Source of the DNA: a virus
Taxonomy: Duplodnaviria; Caudoviricetes
Length of the DNA: 61,581 nt
Direction: 5' to 3' (one strand)
IMG/VR virus record: IMGVR_UViG_3300046368_001160
Coordinates: 1-61,581 of that record
The stretch's first letter is position 1, and the number at the start of each line of letters is the position of its first letter. Below the pieces are notes generated by a model. The model was not told the DNA's origin. It searched no databases and saw only the letters and a list, made by a program, of their open reading frames with translations. The position numbers were made by a program, and so were the translations under genes. This document shows, piece by piece, positions 18,810-29,450 of the stretch.

Positions 18810-19689
18810 AGTCGACCCCTAATGGGATCGTCATCCTTTCAGTATAACCGGTGTCTTCCGATTCAAAGTTAAATGTCATATCTAAATCAGGAGTATTTTC
18901 CTTGATATGTTCACGAAATGCCAAACTATCACGTGCAAGCAATTCTTTATCTACAAAACTTTTGATTCTAGCACGATCATCGTCTCCGTCTAATGCTTTA
19001 ATTACATACTTTAAACGAGTTGTAACTTCTGATGTTTGGTTCTTGTTCTTTGTAAACTTTTTCATTCCTTTGAGTTCTGCATCAATTGCTTGTTCATCTG
19101 AATGAGTAAGTAACTTCCAATGAACTACTCGTTCACTATGAGGAAGTGTATATTCAAAAATATTATCACCACGTGTATAACTTTCAAAATTTAATTCTCG
19201 TGGGTCTAATTTAGTAAGATCAATTGTATCTTCTACATCGTCACCAGTTGATGGGTCTTTAAACTTAATTTTATAGTCTTTACCATACGCAAGAACACGT
19301 GCAGCGATGAAAATTGCGTTTTTATCACCAACTAAAATATCATCTAGTTTAACACCAGGAGAAATAATAAGTTGTTCAAGCAATTTATCTAAAACGATTC
19401 CTTTTTTAATAAGATTTTGACTTGTTAAAATGTCTTCTTCTTTTGCAGTCATGTACTTGATGTCTACTCGACCACTTGCAAGTGGTGAAGATTGATCATA
19501 AAACCACCCTTTACTTGGTAAATCTACAACTTCACTTGGATATTCTGTTTTTTGAACAGTGTCAGTTTGTTGTTTAAGTACATTTGCATCAGTGGTTCTG
19601 ACGTTTTGTGTTTCAGATGCGGTTGGTCCATCACTTTTCATTGCCTGACGAACTTCGTCTGGGATTTTAATACTATCTTCGTTTTCCAT
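18784..19689 (-). CDS. gp26: T4 gp26-like baseplate hub assembly / tail assembly chaperone
   Basis: EVVDLPSKGWFY...IKYMTAKEEDILTS...GDKNAIFIAARVLAYG...TIPLGVDFFYP; between tube and tape measure. Confidence 0.75.
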   Translation of the reverse strand: MENEDSIKIPDEVRQAMKSDGPTASETQNVRTTDANVLKQQTDTVQKTEYPSEVVDLPSKGWFYDQSSPLASGRVDIKYMTAKEEDILTSQNLIKKGIVLDKLLEQLIISPGVKLDDILVGDKNAIFIAARVLAYGKDYKIKFKDPSTGDDVEDTIDLTKLDPRELNFESYTRGDNIFEYTLPHSERVVHWKLLTHSDEQAIDAELKGMKKFTKNKNQTSEVTTRLKYVIKALDGDDDRARIKSFVDKELLARDSLAFREHIKENTPDLDMTFNFESEDTGYTERMTIPLGVDFFYPSTGV

Positions 19690-19779
19690 AAAATTATAAC
19701 CTTTTTAAAATATTAGTATAATATATACCAATATATATACATATTCAAGAACAAAAATTTTTGAACGAAAAGTAGATAA

Positions 19780-20121
19780 TTAAATGTCAGCAAGAGCAAA
19801 ACTTAGTATTTTCTTATGGTCTTTGTAACTGAAAAACTCACTATCTTTTCTACCCTTCCAAGTCTTGTTCGCAGTTACACCAAGTTTCATATCATTAAAA
19901 ACTATCTTTTTACCACTTCCGGTTTGAAATACCATTCTTCCTGCGTTATCGTCAATGTCATAATTTCGCAGAAATTTTCCTCCTTTTACTTGTTGAAGTA
20001 AGAACTTGGCAAGTTTGGCATATGCACCACTTAGACCTTCTAATTGTAGTTCACTTTGAGTATCTTGTTTTATTTCTTCAAAGATATCGAGTATTTGATT
20101 TTTAAGTTTGTCAGATTTCAT
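19780..20121 (-). CDS. hypothetical protein (moron-like, possible head-packaged protein)
   Basis: likely start MKSDKLKNQILDIFEE at 20121, 7 nt after ATATTTAT (20129-20136) and just past a terminator. Confidence 0.6.
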   Translation of the reverse strand: MKSDKLKNQILDIFEEIKQDTQSELQLEGLSGAYAKLAKFLLQQVKGGKFLRNYDIDDNAGRMVFQTGSGKKIVFNDMKLGVTANKTWKGRKDSEFFSYKDHKKILSFALADI

Positions 20122-20146
20122 TGTATTAATAAATATATACAAAAAC

Positions 20147-20174
20147 AAAAAAACTCCCCGAAGGGAGTTTTTTT
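20147..20174 (-). terminator. intrinsic terminator after tail tube gene
   Basis: minus strand A7-CTCCC-TTCG-GGGAG-T7; cUUCGg tetraloop. Confidence 0.9.
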
Positions 20175-20201
20175 AAATACAACCGAGTTATTAAGTTCTT
20201 C

Positions 20202-20693
20202 TTAGTATTGAAGAATTGCGTAGTCATACGCAACAGTCAAGTTAACATTCAAAGGATCACCTGTTGACCAGTCTAATGTACCGAAGTCAACTGCGGTACA
20301 AAAAGCACCCTTGATTGTCCACTCTTCAACCTTATCACCGACAGGACCAAGTAGATTAATTGTCATGTCTTTCTTGTAGAAGTCGGCATAACCATTTCTA
20401 CCAGTTACTGACTCGTGTGAGAGACGTATCCATTCCATTGCACCTTGAGCGGCACTTGGAACAACTGGATCATAAAGTGTCATCGTGATATCTTGCCATT
20501 CTGCTTTACCACCACGTAGTTTTCTTTTAATATTAATATGATCGATTGTTACTGGATCTATATTAAGATTAGGACGTGTTACAGACTTAATTAGATATGC
20601 GGGTAATCCGTCCATATACATAATGAATCTGTTTGCTGTTTTTGGTTCGAATGCCGTAAAGAACATTTCGTTTACATCTATTACTTCTGCCAT
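20202..20693 (-). CDS. gp19: tail tube protein (T4 gp19-like)
   Basis: FEPKTANRF...WQDITMTLYDPVVPSAAQGAMEWIRLSHESVTGRNGYADFYKKD...LTVAYDYAILQY; GGAGA RBS. Confidence 0.92.
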   Translation of the reverse strand: MAEVIDVNEMFFTAFEPKTANRFIMYMDGLPAYLIKSVTRPNLNIDPVTIDHINIKRKLRGGKAEWQDITMTLYDPVVPSAAQGAMEWIRLSHESVTGRNGYADFYKKDMTINLLGPVGDKVEEWTIKGAFCTAVDFGTLDWSTGDPLNVNLTVAYDYAILQY

Positions 20694-20732
20694 TGTTTAT
20701 TTCTCCAAATTTTTAGGTTGTAACTTATTTTA

Positions 20733-20790
20733 ATAAATATCGGTTTGATTTTTGAAAAGTTGTTTTTTTGTAAAACACATTAATAAATAT
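20733..20790 (-). promoter_or_regulatory. tandem ATATTTAT putative late promoters (tail tube)
   Basis: plus-strand TAATAAATATC twice (cores 20733-20740 and 20783-20790). Confidence 0.6.
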
Positions 20791-20811
20791 CCATTTAAAT
20801 AAAAAATATAT

Positions 20812-21519
20812 TTATTTATTTTTATCTTTAGTTAGTTTTTTTCCAACTATTTTTGCTGAACCATATAATACTGCCCCTATAAACTGCATATGTTGTGGTC
20901 CTGGCCAAGGAAATGATAAACCTATCATACCCGTTGCAAACAATGTCAGCAATGCCATTCCTTCTGGTCCAGCAAATAACTTTGATAATGTGAATCCCCC
21001 ACCGAGAGCCATAATCATGTCTCCCATATCAAAGTCATAATCTGCATTTCCTGTGAATGTCATATTTAACCAAATATAAACGAGTATACCAGCAACTGCT
21101 AATCCCGCTATTTTCTTGGTTCGTGGGTGCTTTGCTAGAAATGCGTCTAAATCTTTGAGTTTTTCTTCCGTCCACTTTCCCACCTTAGTGCTTGCTACAT
21201 ATTCACCAATTGCTTTTATTACTTCTTTATATGCTTTAAATCCTTTCTTAACAAGTTTGAACAGATACTCCATGCTGAACTTGATTTTTGCAAAGAACTT
21301 GAAAACAACCTTATCCATAAACAACTTAACCAAGTCTTTTAATTTTACGGAAAGCTTTCCTTTTAAATCTTTTATGAATCCCCATACTTTCTTCAACTTA
21401 CCTGGTATTATTATTTCGTTTATTAGTTGAGTAGTTTCCGTTAGTTTATGTTCGTTTACAAACGACACAAATTCATCGTACTGAATTTCAATTACTATAT
21501 CTGTTAAACTTTGATTCAT
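20812..21519 (-). CDS. putative membrane protein (moron-like)
   Basis: likely start MNQSLTD at 21519, 6 nt after ATATTTAT (21526-21533); C-terminal hydrophobic segments (IAGLAVAGILVYIWL, MALLTLFATGMIGLSF). Confidence 0.65.
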   Translation of the reverse strand: MNQSLTDIVIEIQYDEFVSFVNEHKLTETTQLINEIIIPGKLKKVWGFIKDLKGKLSVKLKDLVKLFMDKVVFKFFAKIKFSMEYLFKLVKKGFKAYKEVIKAIGEYVASTKVGKWTEEKLKDLDAFLAKHPRTKKIAGLAVAGILVYIWLNMTFTGNADYDFDMGDMIMALGGGFTLSKLFAGPEGMALLTLFATGMIGLSFPWPGPQHMQFIGAVLYGSAKIVGKKLTKDKNK

Positions 21520-21541
21520 TCTACTATAAATATATATCCAC

Positions 21542-21571
21542 AAAAAAACCCTTCCGTAGAAGGGTTTTTTT
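21542..21571 (-). terminator. intrinsic terminator after tail sheath gene
   Basis: minus strand A7-CCCTTC-TACG-GAAGGG-T7; cUACGg (UNCG) tetraloop. Confidence 0.9.
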
Positions 21572-21593
21572 ATTTTAAGTTATTATTTAATTC

Positions 21594-24266
21594 TTACCCA
21601 AAAGCGGCACCGGTTGCTTGTAAGTTAAAATCAAGTATGATAAACTCAACTGCACGTGCTGGTTGCAAGAATATTTGTCCATAAAGGATGTTTCTGTCAA
21701 TCAAGTCAGGTGTGTTGTTTGATTCGTCCATGATAACATTGAACGCATACAAACCTTGACGTTGTTGAACTGCTTCCAAATAAGGATTAACGATTGCCAA
21801 GAACTTGTTACGAGTAGCAGCGGTATTTTGTTCAAATAACAAATAACGTGATGTACTTGCGATAAACTTCTTGAGAGTGATCAACAAACGTCTAACATTG
21901 ATTCTATCAAGTGCAGATGATCTTCTTTGAAGAGTCTTTTGACCGAATGCTACGATTCCTTGACCAGGAAACTGAGCAATAGGGTTAACCTTACCTTCAT
22001 AAAGAGTATCTCTTTCTGCGAATGTAAGACGATCAAGCACACTTACTGCTCCTTCAAGACCACCACGATTTAAACCGGCAGGTGCAAACCACTCAGCAGC
22101 GGTTTTATCATTGGAAGCATAAACTGCTGGCATAATAGCACTTGGTGGGAAAGGTTGAAGTGCGTTAGTCGCAGGATCAATAATTTTAACCCAAGGATAA
22201 TATGTCGCAGCGTAATTACTATCAATAGTTGATGCTTGTAATACTGCTTCATCTACCAATCCAGGTTGTCCATTTGCTTGAACACAATCAAGAATGTAAA
22301 AACAATCTTCACGTGTTTCACACAAATCAACACCCATGTTAATAACACTTCTGTGTAAGTCCAATGTAAGTCCAGGTGTTACAAGCAAGTTAATATCGAA
22401 CTCGTCTTGGTTGCTAAGTGCTTTAAATGCTCGTTCGTAACCTTGTGTACCTGATGTGAATCGTTTACTACAATCCATTCCCTGTACATTGTCAGCACGG
22501 ATATCGTCACCAAGAAGAACTGGTAAAACAGGAGAATCTCCATCTTCACCACCTTGAAATCCTATTAAGAATCTACGATGACCACGTGCATCTGCTTCTT
22601 CACTTGCACTTGATGGTACACTTGGAATAGGAACAAATGTTTCAGTTTCAATAACTCCGTCAATATCTTTGTGAATAGTTCCAGGTTGATCCATGTAAAA
22701 TCCAACACCAGCGAATCCGGAATTTTCAGGAATTGGAGAAAATAACTCGATTGTATCTTTACTCCACTCAGGAATCTTAAGAACTCCGTCTGGTGAATCT
22801 TCATTGAATACTGCACCACAGAAGTATCTTTTTGGTACACGTGAGTATTGAGATGCATATGAGTATTTAGGTTCTGGTAAATCCAAAACTCCGATTGGGC
22901 ATTGATAAGCAGCGTGTCCGTAAGGCATACATTGCGTAGGAGCAATACTTTGCTTTGGCATTTCAACACGAATCCAATCACTTCCATTTACATAATCACC
23001 ACGTTCAATAATTTTACCCATTTCATTGATGTATGTATAACGATCACCAATAACACGTGGAAGGTATCTAGCACTCAATGGATCAAGAGTTACATCTCTG
23101 AAATCTTCTATGACATCTTGAGTTTTATCATTATCACCGAAACCACGAACAACGACACTAAATGAACCGTACTCAGTTCCGTCAAGTGTACCTGGAGTTT
23201 TAACATTGTAAATACCAACTTTAACTTCACGATTAGCCGAACCACCAAAACTGCGAGTATGAAATCTAAATAGTTCGTATCTTGAACCACTGATTTCTTG
23301 TGACATTACATATGGAGTGGAAGCAGGACGACAAGCGTGTTCACCTTTTCCAGCACCATCATATGCAGGATACTGATAATCTGTATCTTGGTAGTTAAGA
23401 TATCCATCCCCATCTGCATCTTCTAATTGAGAAGAAAAGTTCAAGAAGTCATCGTTCATTTCAATTGAAATTTTGTACTTTGCAGCCACACCACCGTCAG
23501 CAACAGGTTTCATAAGATTGAAGATTTCTGTTTGTGTACTTTCAAAGTATGAATCAAAGTACGCAGGTTTAACATTTCTTTGTGGTGCTCTTCCGAAAAT
23601 ATTTTGTAAACTATTAGGAGATGCTGGATCAATACTAAATGTAAACGAACCAAGTTCAGTTGGTTCAAGTTCATTGTTGCTTGTTGCACTATCTTGTTCG
23701 TTGAAAACTTGTCTTAGTACTAACTGACCTGTTGTGTTCTCACTGCTAAGTTCAAGTTCAGTAACTTGGTTTCCGTCTGAATCTTGTAAATATGATCCGT
23801 AGAATCCAATACTTGTTTGTCTTGGTGATGCCAAGTTTGGTTTTAGAATTAACGAACCATCGTTATTTTTTTCTTTTAAAGTATTTGCCAATACACCAAT
23901 TACTGCTTCTTTTGGAATGTCACCTTCTGCAATATCTGACTGATCAAGACTTGCGGTAACAAACTCTGCTTTAATCGCAAGTGCTTGTAAATTATACCAC
24001 CCTTCAAGAGCACCAGTTCTCACAATTGTGACAACTCCTTGTTGTAGAAGATATTCACGTGCGGTGAATGGTTGGTAATAAATACCTTGTGGAACACCAA
24101 ACAGTGCTTCTAATTCGTTAATACTTGTTACAACGGTTGGTGAATATGCTGGACCTTTTGTGAAAGGACCTACAATCGCACCACCTATTGCCGAAATTCC
24201 TTCAACCAAGAAAGTTGAATCTATTTCATTGGTGAATACTGCCGGACTTACTATACGTTCTGCCAT
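21594..24266 (-). CDS. gp18: contractile tail sheath protein (T4 gp18-like)
   Basis: MAERIVSPAVFTNEID...YAATYYPWVKI...WFAPAGLNRG...DRINVRRLL...QPARAVEFIILDF; AGGAGA RBS. Confidence 0.95.
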   Translation of the reverse strand: MAERIVSPAVFTNEIDSTFLVEGISAIGGAIVGPFTKGPAYSPTVVTSINELEALFGVPQGIYYQPFTAREYLLQQGVVTIVRTGALEGWYNLQALAIKAEFVTASLDQSDIAEGDIPKEAVIGVLANTLKEKNNDGSLILKPNLASPRQTSIGFYGSYLQDSDGNQVTELELSSENTTGQLVLRQVFNEQDSATSNNELEPTELGSFTFSIDPASPNSLQNIFGRAPQRNVKPAYFDSYFESTQTEIFNLMKPVADGGVAAKYKISIEMNDDFLNFSSQLEDADGDGYLNYQDTDYQYPAYDGAGKGEHACRPASTPYVMSQEISGSRYELFRFHTRSFGGSANREVKVGIYNVKTPGTLDGTEYGSFSVVVRGFGDNDKTQDVIEDFRDVTLDPLSARYLPRVIGDRYTYINEMGKIIERGDYVNGSDWIRVEMPKQSIAPTQCMPYGHAAYQCPIGVLDLPEPKYSYASQYSRVPKRYFCGAVFNEDSPDGVLKIPEWSKDTIELFSPIPENSGFAGVGFYMDQPGTIHKDIDGVIETETFVPIPSVPSSASEEADARGHRRFLIGFQGGEDGDSPVLPVLLGDDIRADNVQGMDCSKRFTSGTQGYERAFKALSNQDEFDINLLVTPGLTLDLHRSVINMGVDLCETREDCFYILDCVQANGQPGLVDEAVLQASTIDSNYAATYYPWVKIIDPATNALQPFPPSAIMPAVYASNDKTAAEWFAPAGLNRGGLEGAVSVLDRLTFAERDTLYEGKVNPIAQFPGQGIVAFGQKTLQRRSSALDRINVRRLLITLKKFIASTSRYLLFEQNTAATRNKFLAIVNPYLEAVQQRQGLYAFNVIMDESNNTPDLIDRNILYGQIFLQPARAVEFIILDFNLQATGAAFG

Positions 24267-24320
24267 CTTTGGGTTTCTCCTATATTGAGTTGTTAATGGT
24301 TAAAAAATGAAACTTTTAAA

Positions 24321-24328
24321 ATAAATAT
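24321..24328 (-). promoter_or_regulatory. ATATTTAT putative late promoter (tail sheath)
   Basis: same octamer as upstream of many other structural genes. Confidence 0.55.
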
Positions 24329-24366
24329 AGTTAAAAAATTCCAAAATTTAATATTTATCTAAAATA

Positions 24367-24642
24367 CTAACTTTTAACATATATTCCAGAAGAAATATCT
24401 AAATCTCCTGCACCATACTTTTTTGTTAGTCTATCTGAAAATATAGTCTCTTTATTTTTAAATTGGATAAGTGACTCTTTATACTTTTTCTTGGTCTGTT
24501 TTACTGATTTTAGTTCAGCCTTTAAAGTAATTTCATTTACTGATAGTTCCCCCATTGACAAAAGAAGAGTTTGATATTCTGCATTTAACTCTACCAATTC
24601 GTTTTTTTCATCTTCGGTAATTTTACATTGATTATTTTCCAT
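24367..24642 (-). CDS. small coiled-coil hypothetical protein
   Basis: start MENNQC at 24642; C-terminal LTKKYGAGDLDISSG; own sigma70-like promoter. Confidence 0.65.
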   Translation of the reverse strand: MENNQCKITEDEKNELVELNAEYQTLLLSMGELSVNEITLKAELKSVKQTKKKYKESLIQFKNKETIFSDRLTKKYGAGDLDISSGIYVKS

Positions 24643-24648
24643 AAGCTT

Positions 24649-24677
24649 ATGGTAACAAATAAATTCCAATTATTCAA
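24649..24677 (-). promoter_or_regulatory. sigma70-like promoter, probably leaderless transcript
   Basis: TTGAAT (24677-24672), 17 nt, TACCAT (24654-24649) preceded by TGn; 6 nt to ATG 24642. Confidence 0.5.
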
Positions 24678-24685
24678 TGATAATG

Positions 24686-27600
24686 TTAAATTGTTTCACA
24701 AATATTGATTTCAATGCGTTTTATTCTTTTATGTGGAACACTGTAATAATATTCTTCGTTGAAACTACCTATCAATGGTAAAGTGTAAGAATCAGTCTCG
24801 TAATCAGAAAACTGAATTGTTGCATTATAGCATAGTTCTTCATCCGATATTAAAAATACCGACTGCTGGTCTGTTGATATTTCGTCACCACTTGTATATT
24901 CAATAATAGTTGGATTTAAATCTCCGTTTAAATCATCTTGAGTTAGAGTATATGGATTGGAATCATCTGAAACTGAAACTAGATATAGTTTTACTTGTAA
25001 CGGTTCTGTTGTGATAGTTTCAGTTTGAGTTTCAGTCGGAGTTGGAGTTGGTGTTTGCTCAGGAGTTGGTGTCTCGGTTTGAGTTGGAGTTGGTGTTTCG
25101 GTTGGAGTTTCTGTTTGAGTTGGAGTTGGTGTTTCGGTTGGAGTTTCTGTTTGAGTTGGAGTTGGTGTTTGCTCAGGAGTTTGAGTTTCGGTTGGAGTTG
25201 GAGTTGGTGTTTGCTCAGGAGTTTGAGTTTCGGTTGGAGTTGGAGTTGGAGTTTGCTCAGGAGTTGGTGTTTCGGTTGGGGGTGGTGTTTCAGTTGGGGA
25301 TGGTGTTGGAACTGAAGTATCGATTATTAAAATCTCAATGCTTACGTTTTTCCACTCATTTCTTCCAGTACTTGAACCCGCCAACTCTAATGTAAAAGTT
25401 TCAATCCCCTCAGACTTAAAATCTTCGATTGGTATAAAAGAAACAGATGCTGTTCCGTCTTCATCAATTATAAAACTACCAACTAAGTCCGACACTCCAA
25501 GGTCACCTCTATTTGTAACTATGTAACTTACATCTGTTCCGGTGGGAACATTTACAGTTCTTAATGTTATTGTAACTTCAGAACCTTCATCTATCTCCAA
25601 AGAAGAGGTCACGAGTTCATAGACGGGTGGAACAGATGTATCTTTTATTTCGACAGAAATTCTATTATTTTGCCATTGATTACCTCCTATACTTGAACTT
25701 ATAAGTTCTAGTGTGAGTGTTTCTGTACCCTCTGTTTTAAAGTCCTCTATTGGTGAAAATGTAATAGAGGTGTTGCCATTGTCGGATACAATAAATTCAC
25801 CAATAAAACTTTTACCGAAATCATCTGGATTTGACATTGCATAACCTACTCTAGTCCCACTTGGAACATTAATTGTCGCAAGTGTAACGACTAAAGCATC
25901 TCCTTCATTTATTGTGTCAGTTGAGGTTTCTAACTTATATTGTGGAATTGGAGTCGGAGTTGGTGTTTTCTCAGGAGTCGGAGTTGGTGTCGGTGTATCA
26001 GTTTGAGTTGGTGTAGGTGTATCAGTTTGAGTTGGTGTATCAGTTGGAGTCGGAGTTGGTGTTTTCTCAGGAGTCGGAGTTGGTGTCTGCTCAGGAGTTG
26101 GAGTTGGTGTTTGTTCGGGAGTTGGAGTTTCAGTTGGTGTCTCAGTTGGAGTTGGTGTATCAGTTGGAGTCGGAGTTGGTGTTTTCTCAGGAGTCGGAGT
26201 TGGTGTTTTCTCAGGAGTCGGAGTTGGTGTCGGTGTATCAGTTTGAGTTGGTGTATCAGTTTGAGTTGGTGTATCAGTTGGAGTCGGAGTTGGAACTGAT
26301 GTATCATTTATGGTAATTGTAATGCTTTCATTTTTCCATTCATCACGTCCTGTGCTTGAACCAGCGAGTTCCATTGTGAAAGTTTCTTCATCTTCTAAAA
26401 GATAATCTGCTATTGGAGCAAATGTTACACTTGCAGTTTTATCGTTTCCAACTGTGAATGTTCCTAGTGGTTTCTCAACTCCTAAGTCTTCTATATTTGT
26501 AAGAACATAAGTAACTTCTGTTCCAATTGGTACATTTGTTGTTTTTAAAGTTATTGTAACTGAATCACCTTCATCAACTTCTAAAGCAGATGATTCAAGT
26601 GTATAAGTTGGAGGAGTTGAAGAATCAACGATTGTAACTGAAACACTTGTGTTTCTCCATTGTTCTCCGTTGATGCTTGAATCTATCAAAGTCAAAGTTA
26701 GAATCTCAGTTCCTTCAATTTGATAATCTTCTTGTGGTGTGATTTTTAAAGTTGTTTCTCCTGTTTCTGATACTTCGAATTCTCCGATTGGTGTAAGATT
26801 TGCAAAGTCATCTGGATGAGTTATTGCATAACTTACTAAAGTACCGCTTGCAACATTAGTAGTTCTAAGTGTGATTGTAACTTCTTCTCCTTCATTGATT
26901 GTGTAAGGAGATGCTACGAGTTCATAAATTGGAACTGGAGTCGGTGTATCAGTCGGAGTATTTGTTGGTGTATCAGTTGGAGTATTTGTTGGTGTATCTG
27001 TTGAAGTTGGTGTCTGAGTTTCTGTTGGAGTCGGTGTATCAGTTGGAGTATTTGTTGGTGTATCTGTTGAAGTTGGTGTCTGAGTTTCTGTTGGAGTCGG
27101 TGTATCAGTTGGTGTATTTGTTGGTGTATCAGTTGGAGTATCTGTTGAAGTTGGTGTCTGAGTTTCTGTTGGAGTTGGTGTATCAGTTGGAGTATTTGTT
27201 GGTGTATCAGTTGGAGTATTTGTTGAAGTATCTGTTGAAGTTGGTGTCTGAGTTTCTGTTGGAGTCGGTGTATCAGTTGGAGTATTTGTTGGAGTATCTG
27301 TTAGAGTTGGTGTAGGTGTATCAGTCGGAGTATTTGTTGGAGTTGGTGTATCCGTTGGAGTATTTGTTGGAGTATCTGTTAGAGTTGGTGTAGGTGTGTT
27401 GGTTGGAGTTGGTGTTTTTTTTTCCCTTGGTGTGGGTGTTTCGTCATGCCGATGTGGACCACACGTCGGAGTTGGTGTCTCGGTTGGAATTGTTTGATCG
27501 GGAGTGGGAGTTGGAGTTTGCTCGGGAGTAGGAGTTGGTTGTTCAAGTGTAGGAGTTGGAGTTTGCTCTGGAGTAGGAGTTGGTTGTTCAAGTGTAGGAG

Positions 27601-28981
27601 TTGGAGTTTGCTCTGGAGTAGGAGTTGGAGTTTGCTCGGGAGTAGGAGTTGGTTGTTCGGAAACAGGAGTGGGAGTTTGATCAGGAACTGGAGTAGGTTG
27701 TACAGGAGTTGGATTTGGTTGATCAGTATTTGGAAATTTTATTAACAAAAGTTCCAGTGCATTTTTAGTAATTACTTGTACTCCACTTCCTGTATCAAGT
27801 TCAATGTTATATTGATTGTTAGGTGTAATTTCTATTTCAGACAAACCTACATCCCATATTATTTTATGATCGGACTCGTCTATATTAATTCTAAAGTTTC
27901 TACCTTCTATGTTGATAGTATAATCAAGAAGATCTTTCCAAATTCGGACAACAAATATATCACCCTGATCTTTTGTTAAATAAACTTTTGGTGATTTTCT
28001 GTTTAATACTACACTCTTTTCTGTTGTATTTGCTTTTTTTTTAAAGTCGAGTGATAACTCAGTTTGTGTGTGCTTAGTCGGTTTTCCTAATTCATCTGTA
28101 GATACATATTGTGCTTCAGTACCCCACATTACTTTTCGTGTACTTAGTCCTCTTTTTATATTTGTTTGGTTGTTGAAAACCAATGGAAGTAAATACGCAT
28201 TTATAGTTAAAGTGAAAGTTGAACTTACTGATCTATCATCGTCAGATGGTACTTCAACTGAATTGGAGAAAGAATCTATATTTGCTCTGAACTTAAATCT
28301 AGCAGGATCACCCCAATAATCATTATCCGCAAAATTTATAGTTTCAATTAACTGATTCATTTGCTCGACATACTCCGTGTTTATTGTAAAGTCGTATGTC
28401 AAAACTACATGATCAGGAAAAGTTATGTTATGTATTTCGTGTAAGGGCTCTGCACTGTTTAATAAACTTATTTTATCGTATGAATTTTTACTACTGAATT
28501 TTTTGACCACAGGAACAGACAAATATTTATTAAATGTAACAAATGAATCATCTTTTGCTACACCAGTTCTAGTGAAAACTATAATGGGTCTTTGTAACTG
28601 ACCCTTATCATCTCTGTATCTACCATCACTTTGAATCGCACTCCACCTCTCGGGTGATGCGTGTCTAACAGGTACACTTATTTTTGAATTGTTTGTATCA
28701 ATAACAGTTGGATTAATAACATTAGTAAAATATTCATAAATTATATTATCTATATCAACCAAAGTAATTGAATAGTTACCAAATGTTTTAACATCATCTC
28801 CCCATCTTAATTTATCTGCACGATTGTCAGAATACAACGCATGATTTGATTTTTTAAGATTGGACATATTTGGATCGTTTGAAACATTAGGCACATCCTT
28901 ACTCAAGTCAACCGTAAATTCTTTATCGGTTTTATGATTTCTAAGCGTAATAAAGGGATTATTTACTTTATCGTAATCCAT
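24686..28981 (-). CDS. tail terminator/sheath stabilizer (gp15-like) fused to Pro/Thr linkers and four Calx-beta/Ig-like domains
   Basis: N-terminal ~290 aa ([11 protein letters not shown]...[28 protein letters not shown]...YWGDP...[11 protein letters not shown]) fits gp15-like proteins after neck genes; then three PT tracts and 4 x ~110-aa ([18 protein letters not shown]...EG.E.LTL.L) repeats. Confidence 0.7.
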   Translation of the reverse strand: MDYDKVNNPFITLRNHKTDKEFTVDLSKDVPNVSNDPNMSNLKKSNHALYSDNRADKLRWGDDVKTFGNYSITLVDIDNIIYEYFTNVINPTVIDTNNSKISVPVRHASPERWSAIQSDGRYRDDKGQLQRPIIVFTRTGVAKDDSFVTFNKYLSVPVVKKFSSKNSYDKISLLNSAEPLHEIHNITFPDHVVLTYDFTINTEYVEQMNQLIETINFADNDYWGDPARFKFRANIDSFSNSVEVPSDDDRSVSSTFTLTINAYLLPLVFNNQTNIKRGLSTRKVMWGTEAQYVSTDELGKPTKHTQTELSLDFKKKANTTEKSVVLNRKSPKVYLTKDQGDIFVVRIWKDLLDYTINIEGRNFRINIDESDHKIIWDVGLSEIEITPNNQYNIELDTGSGVQVITKNALELLLIKFPNTDQPNPTPVQPTPVPDQTPTPVSEQPTPTPEQTPTPTPEQTPTPTLEQPTPTPEQTPTPTLEQPTPTPEQTPTPTPDQTIPTETPTPTCGPHRHDETPTPREKKTPTPTNTPTPTLTDTPTNTPTDTPTPTNTPTDTPTPTLTDTPTNTPTDTPTPTETQTPTSTDTSTNTPTDTPTNTPTDTPTPTETQTPTSTDTPTDTPTNTPTDTPTPTETQTPTSTDTPTNTPTDTPTPTETQTPTSTDTPTNTPTDTPTNTPTDTPTPVPIYELVASPYTINEGEEVTITLRTTNVASGTLVSYAITHPDDFANLTPIGEFEVSETGETTLKITPQEDYQIEGTEILTLTLIDSSINGEQWRNTSVSVTIVDSSTPPTYTLESSALEVDEGDSVTITLKTTNVPIGTEVTYVLTNIEDLGVEKPLGTFTVGNDKTASVTFAPIADYLLEDEETFTMELAGSSTGRDEWKNESITITINDTSVPTPTPTDTPTQTDTPTQTDTPTPTPTPEKTPTPTPEKTPTPTPTDTPTPTETPTETPTPEQTPTPTPEQTPTPTPEKTPTPTPTDTPTQTDTPTPTQTDTPTPTPTPEKTPTPTPIPQYKLETSTDTINEGDALVVTLATINVPSGTRVGYAMSNPDDFGKSFIGEFIVSDNGNTSITFSPIEDFKTEGTETLTLELISSSIGGNQWQNNRISVEIKDTSVPPVYELVTSSLEIDEGSEVTITLRTVNVPTGTDVSYIVTNRGDLGVSDLVGSFIIDEDGTASVSFIPIEDFKSEGIETFTLELAGSSTGRNEWKNVSIEILIIDTSVPTPSPTETPPPTETPTPEQTPTPTPTETQTPEQTPTPTPTETQTPEQTPTPTQTETPTETPTPTQTETPTETPTPTQTETPTPEQTPTPTPTETQTETITTEPLQVKLYLVSVSDDSNPYTLTQDDLNGDLNPTIIEYTSGDEISTDQQSVFLISDEELCYNATIQFSDYETDSYTLPLIGSFNEEYYYSVPHKRIKRIEINICETI
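25020..25312. repeat. Pro/Thr low-complexity tract 3
   Basis: repeated gagttggtgt/gagttggagt units encoding [11 protein letters not shown]. Confidence 0.9.
25945..26295. repeat. Pro/Thr low-complexity tract 2
   Basis: repeats encoding [20 protein letters not shown]. Confidence 0.9.
26930..27720. repeat. Pro/Thr low-complexity tract 1
   Basis: repeats encoding [24 protein letters not shown] and [13 protein letters not shown]. Confidence 0.9.
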
Positions 28982-28982
28982 G

Positions 28983-29450
28983 TTACTGAGTTCTTGGTAC
29001 TATATTCAATTTACTTTTACGTGTCATATGTGCGTTGCACAACAAACTATAATTCTTTTCTGGTTGCCCACCCAAAAATTGATTTTCTACTATATTTGAA
29101 ATTTCAAAAAATGTATTTTCCCACATTACTATATCACCAATTTCTGGATATATATCTTTTGTTTCACATAATTTTTGATGAAATCTGAATATAGTTCCTT
29201 TTTTGACATCAGGTCCGAACCCTTCGTAACTGGTTGATTGTGGATCAGATTCTACTAAACAACTTGTTTCTACACCACTATAGTAAACTTTGTTCATAGC
29301 CTCTCCGTAAATTGTAGATTTAGTTTGATCTGAATTTATTTTATATACAACAATTATTTGCTCTATAATATTTAACATCAACTCTCCGTTCAAGCTGTTC
29401 ATAAAACGGACGTCTCTACGCGAAAAGTATCTCCCTCTTGATCGTTCCAT
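28983..29450 (-). CDS. neck / head-closure protein (gp14-like)
   Basis: TIYGEA...[29 protein letters not shown]; between gp13-like and gp15-like genes. Confidence 0.7.
   Translation of the reverse strand: MERSRGRYFSRRDVRFMNSLNGELMLNIIEQIIVVYKINSDQTKSTIYGEAMNKVYYSGVETSCLVESDPQSTSYEGFGPDVKKGTIFRFHQKLCETKDIYPEIGDIVMWENTFFEISNIVENQFLGGQPEKNYSLLCNAHMTRKSKLNIVPRTQ

Noticed and set aside
18780-18810. Canonical -1 frameshift at the T7 run
   Set aside because: The -1 frame reaches TAG after about 8 codons (LPFHRSIE*); only the +1/-2 frame is open
25020-27720. GT-rich short repeats resembling a CRISPR array or telomere-like satellite
   Set aside because: Degenerate in-frame codon repeats of a Pro/Thr linker; no constant repeat with unique spacers and no cas genes
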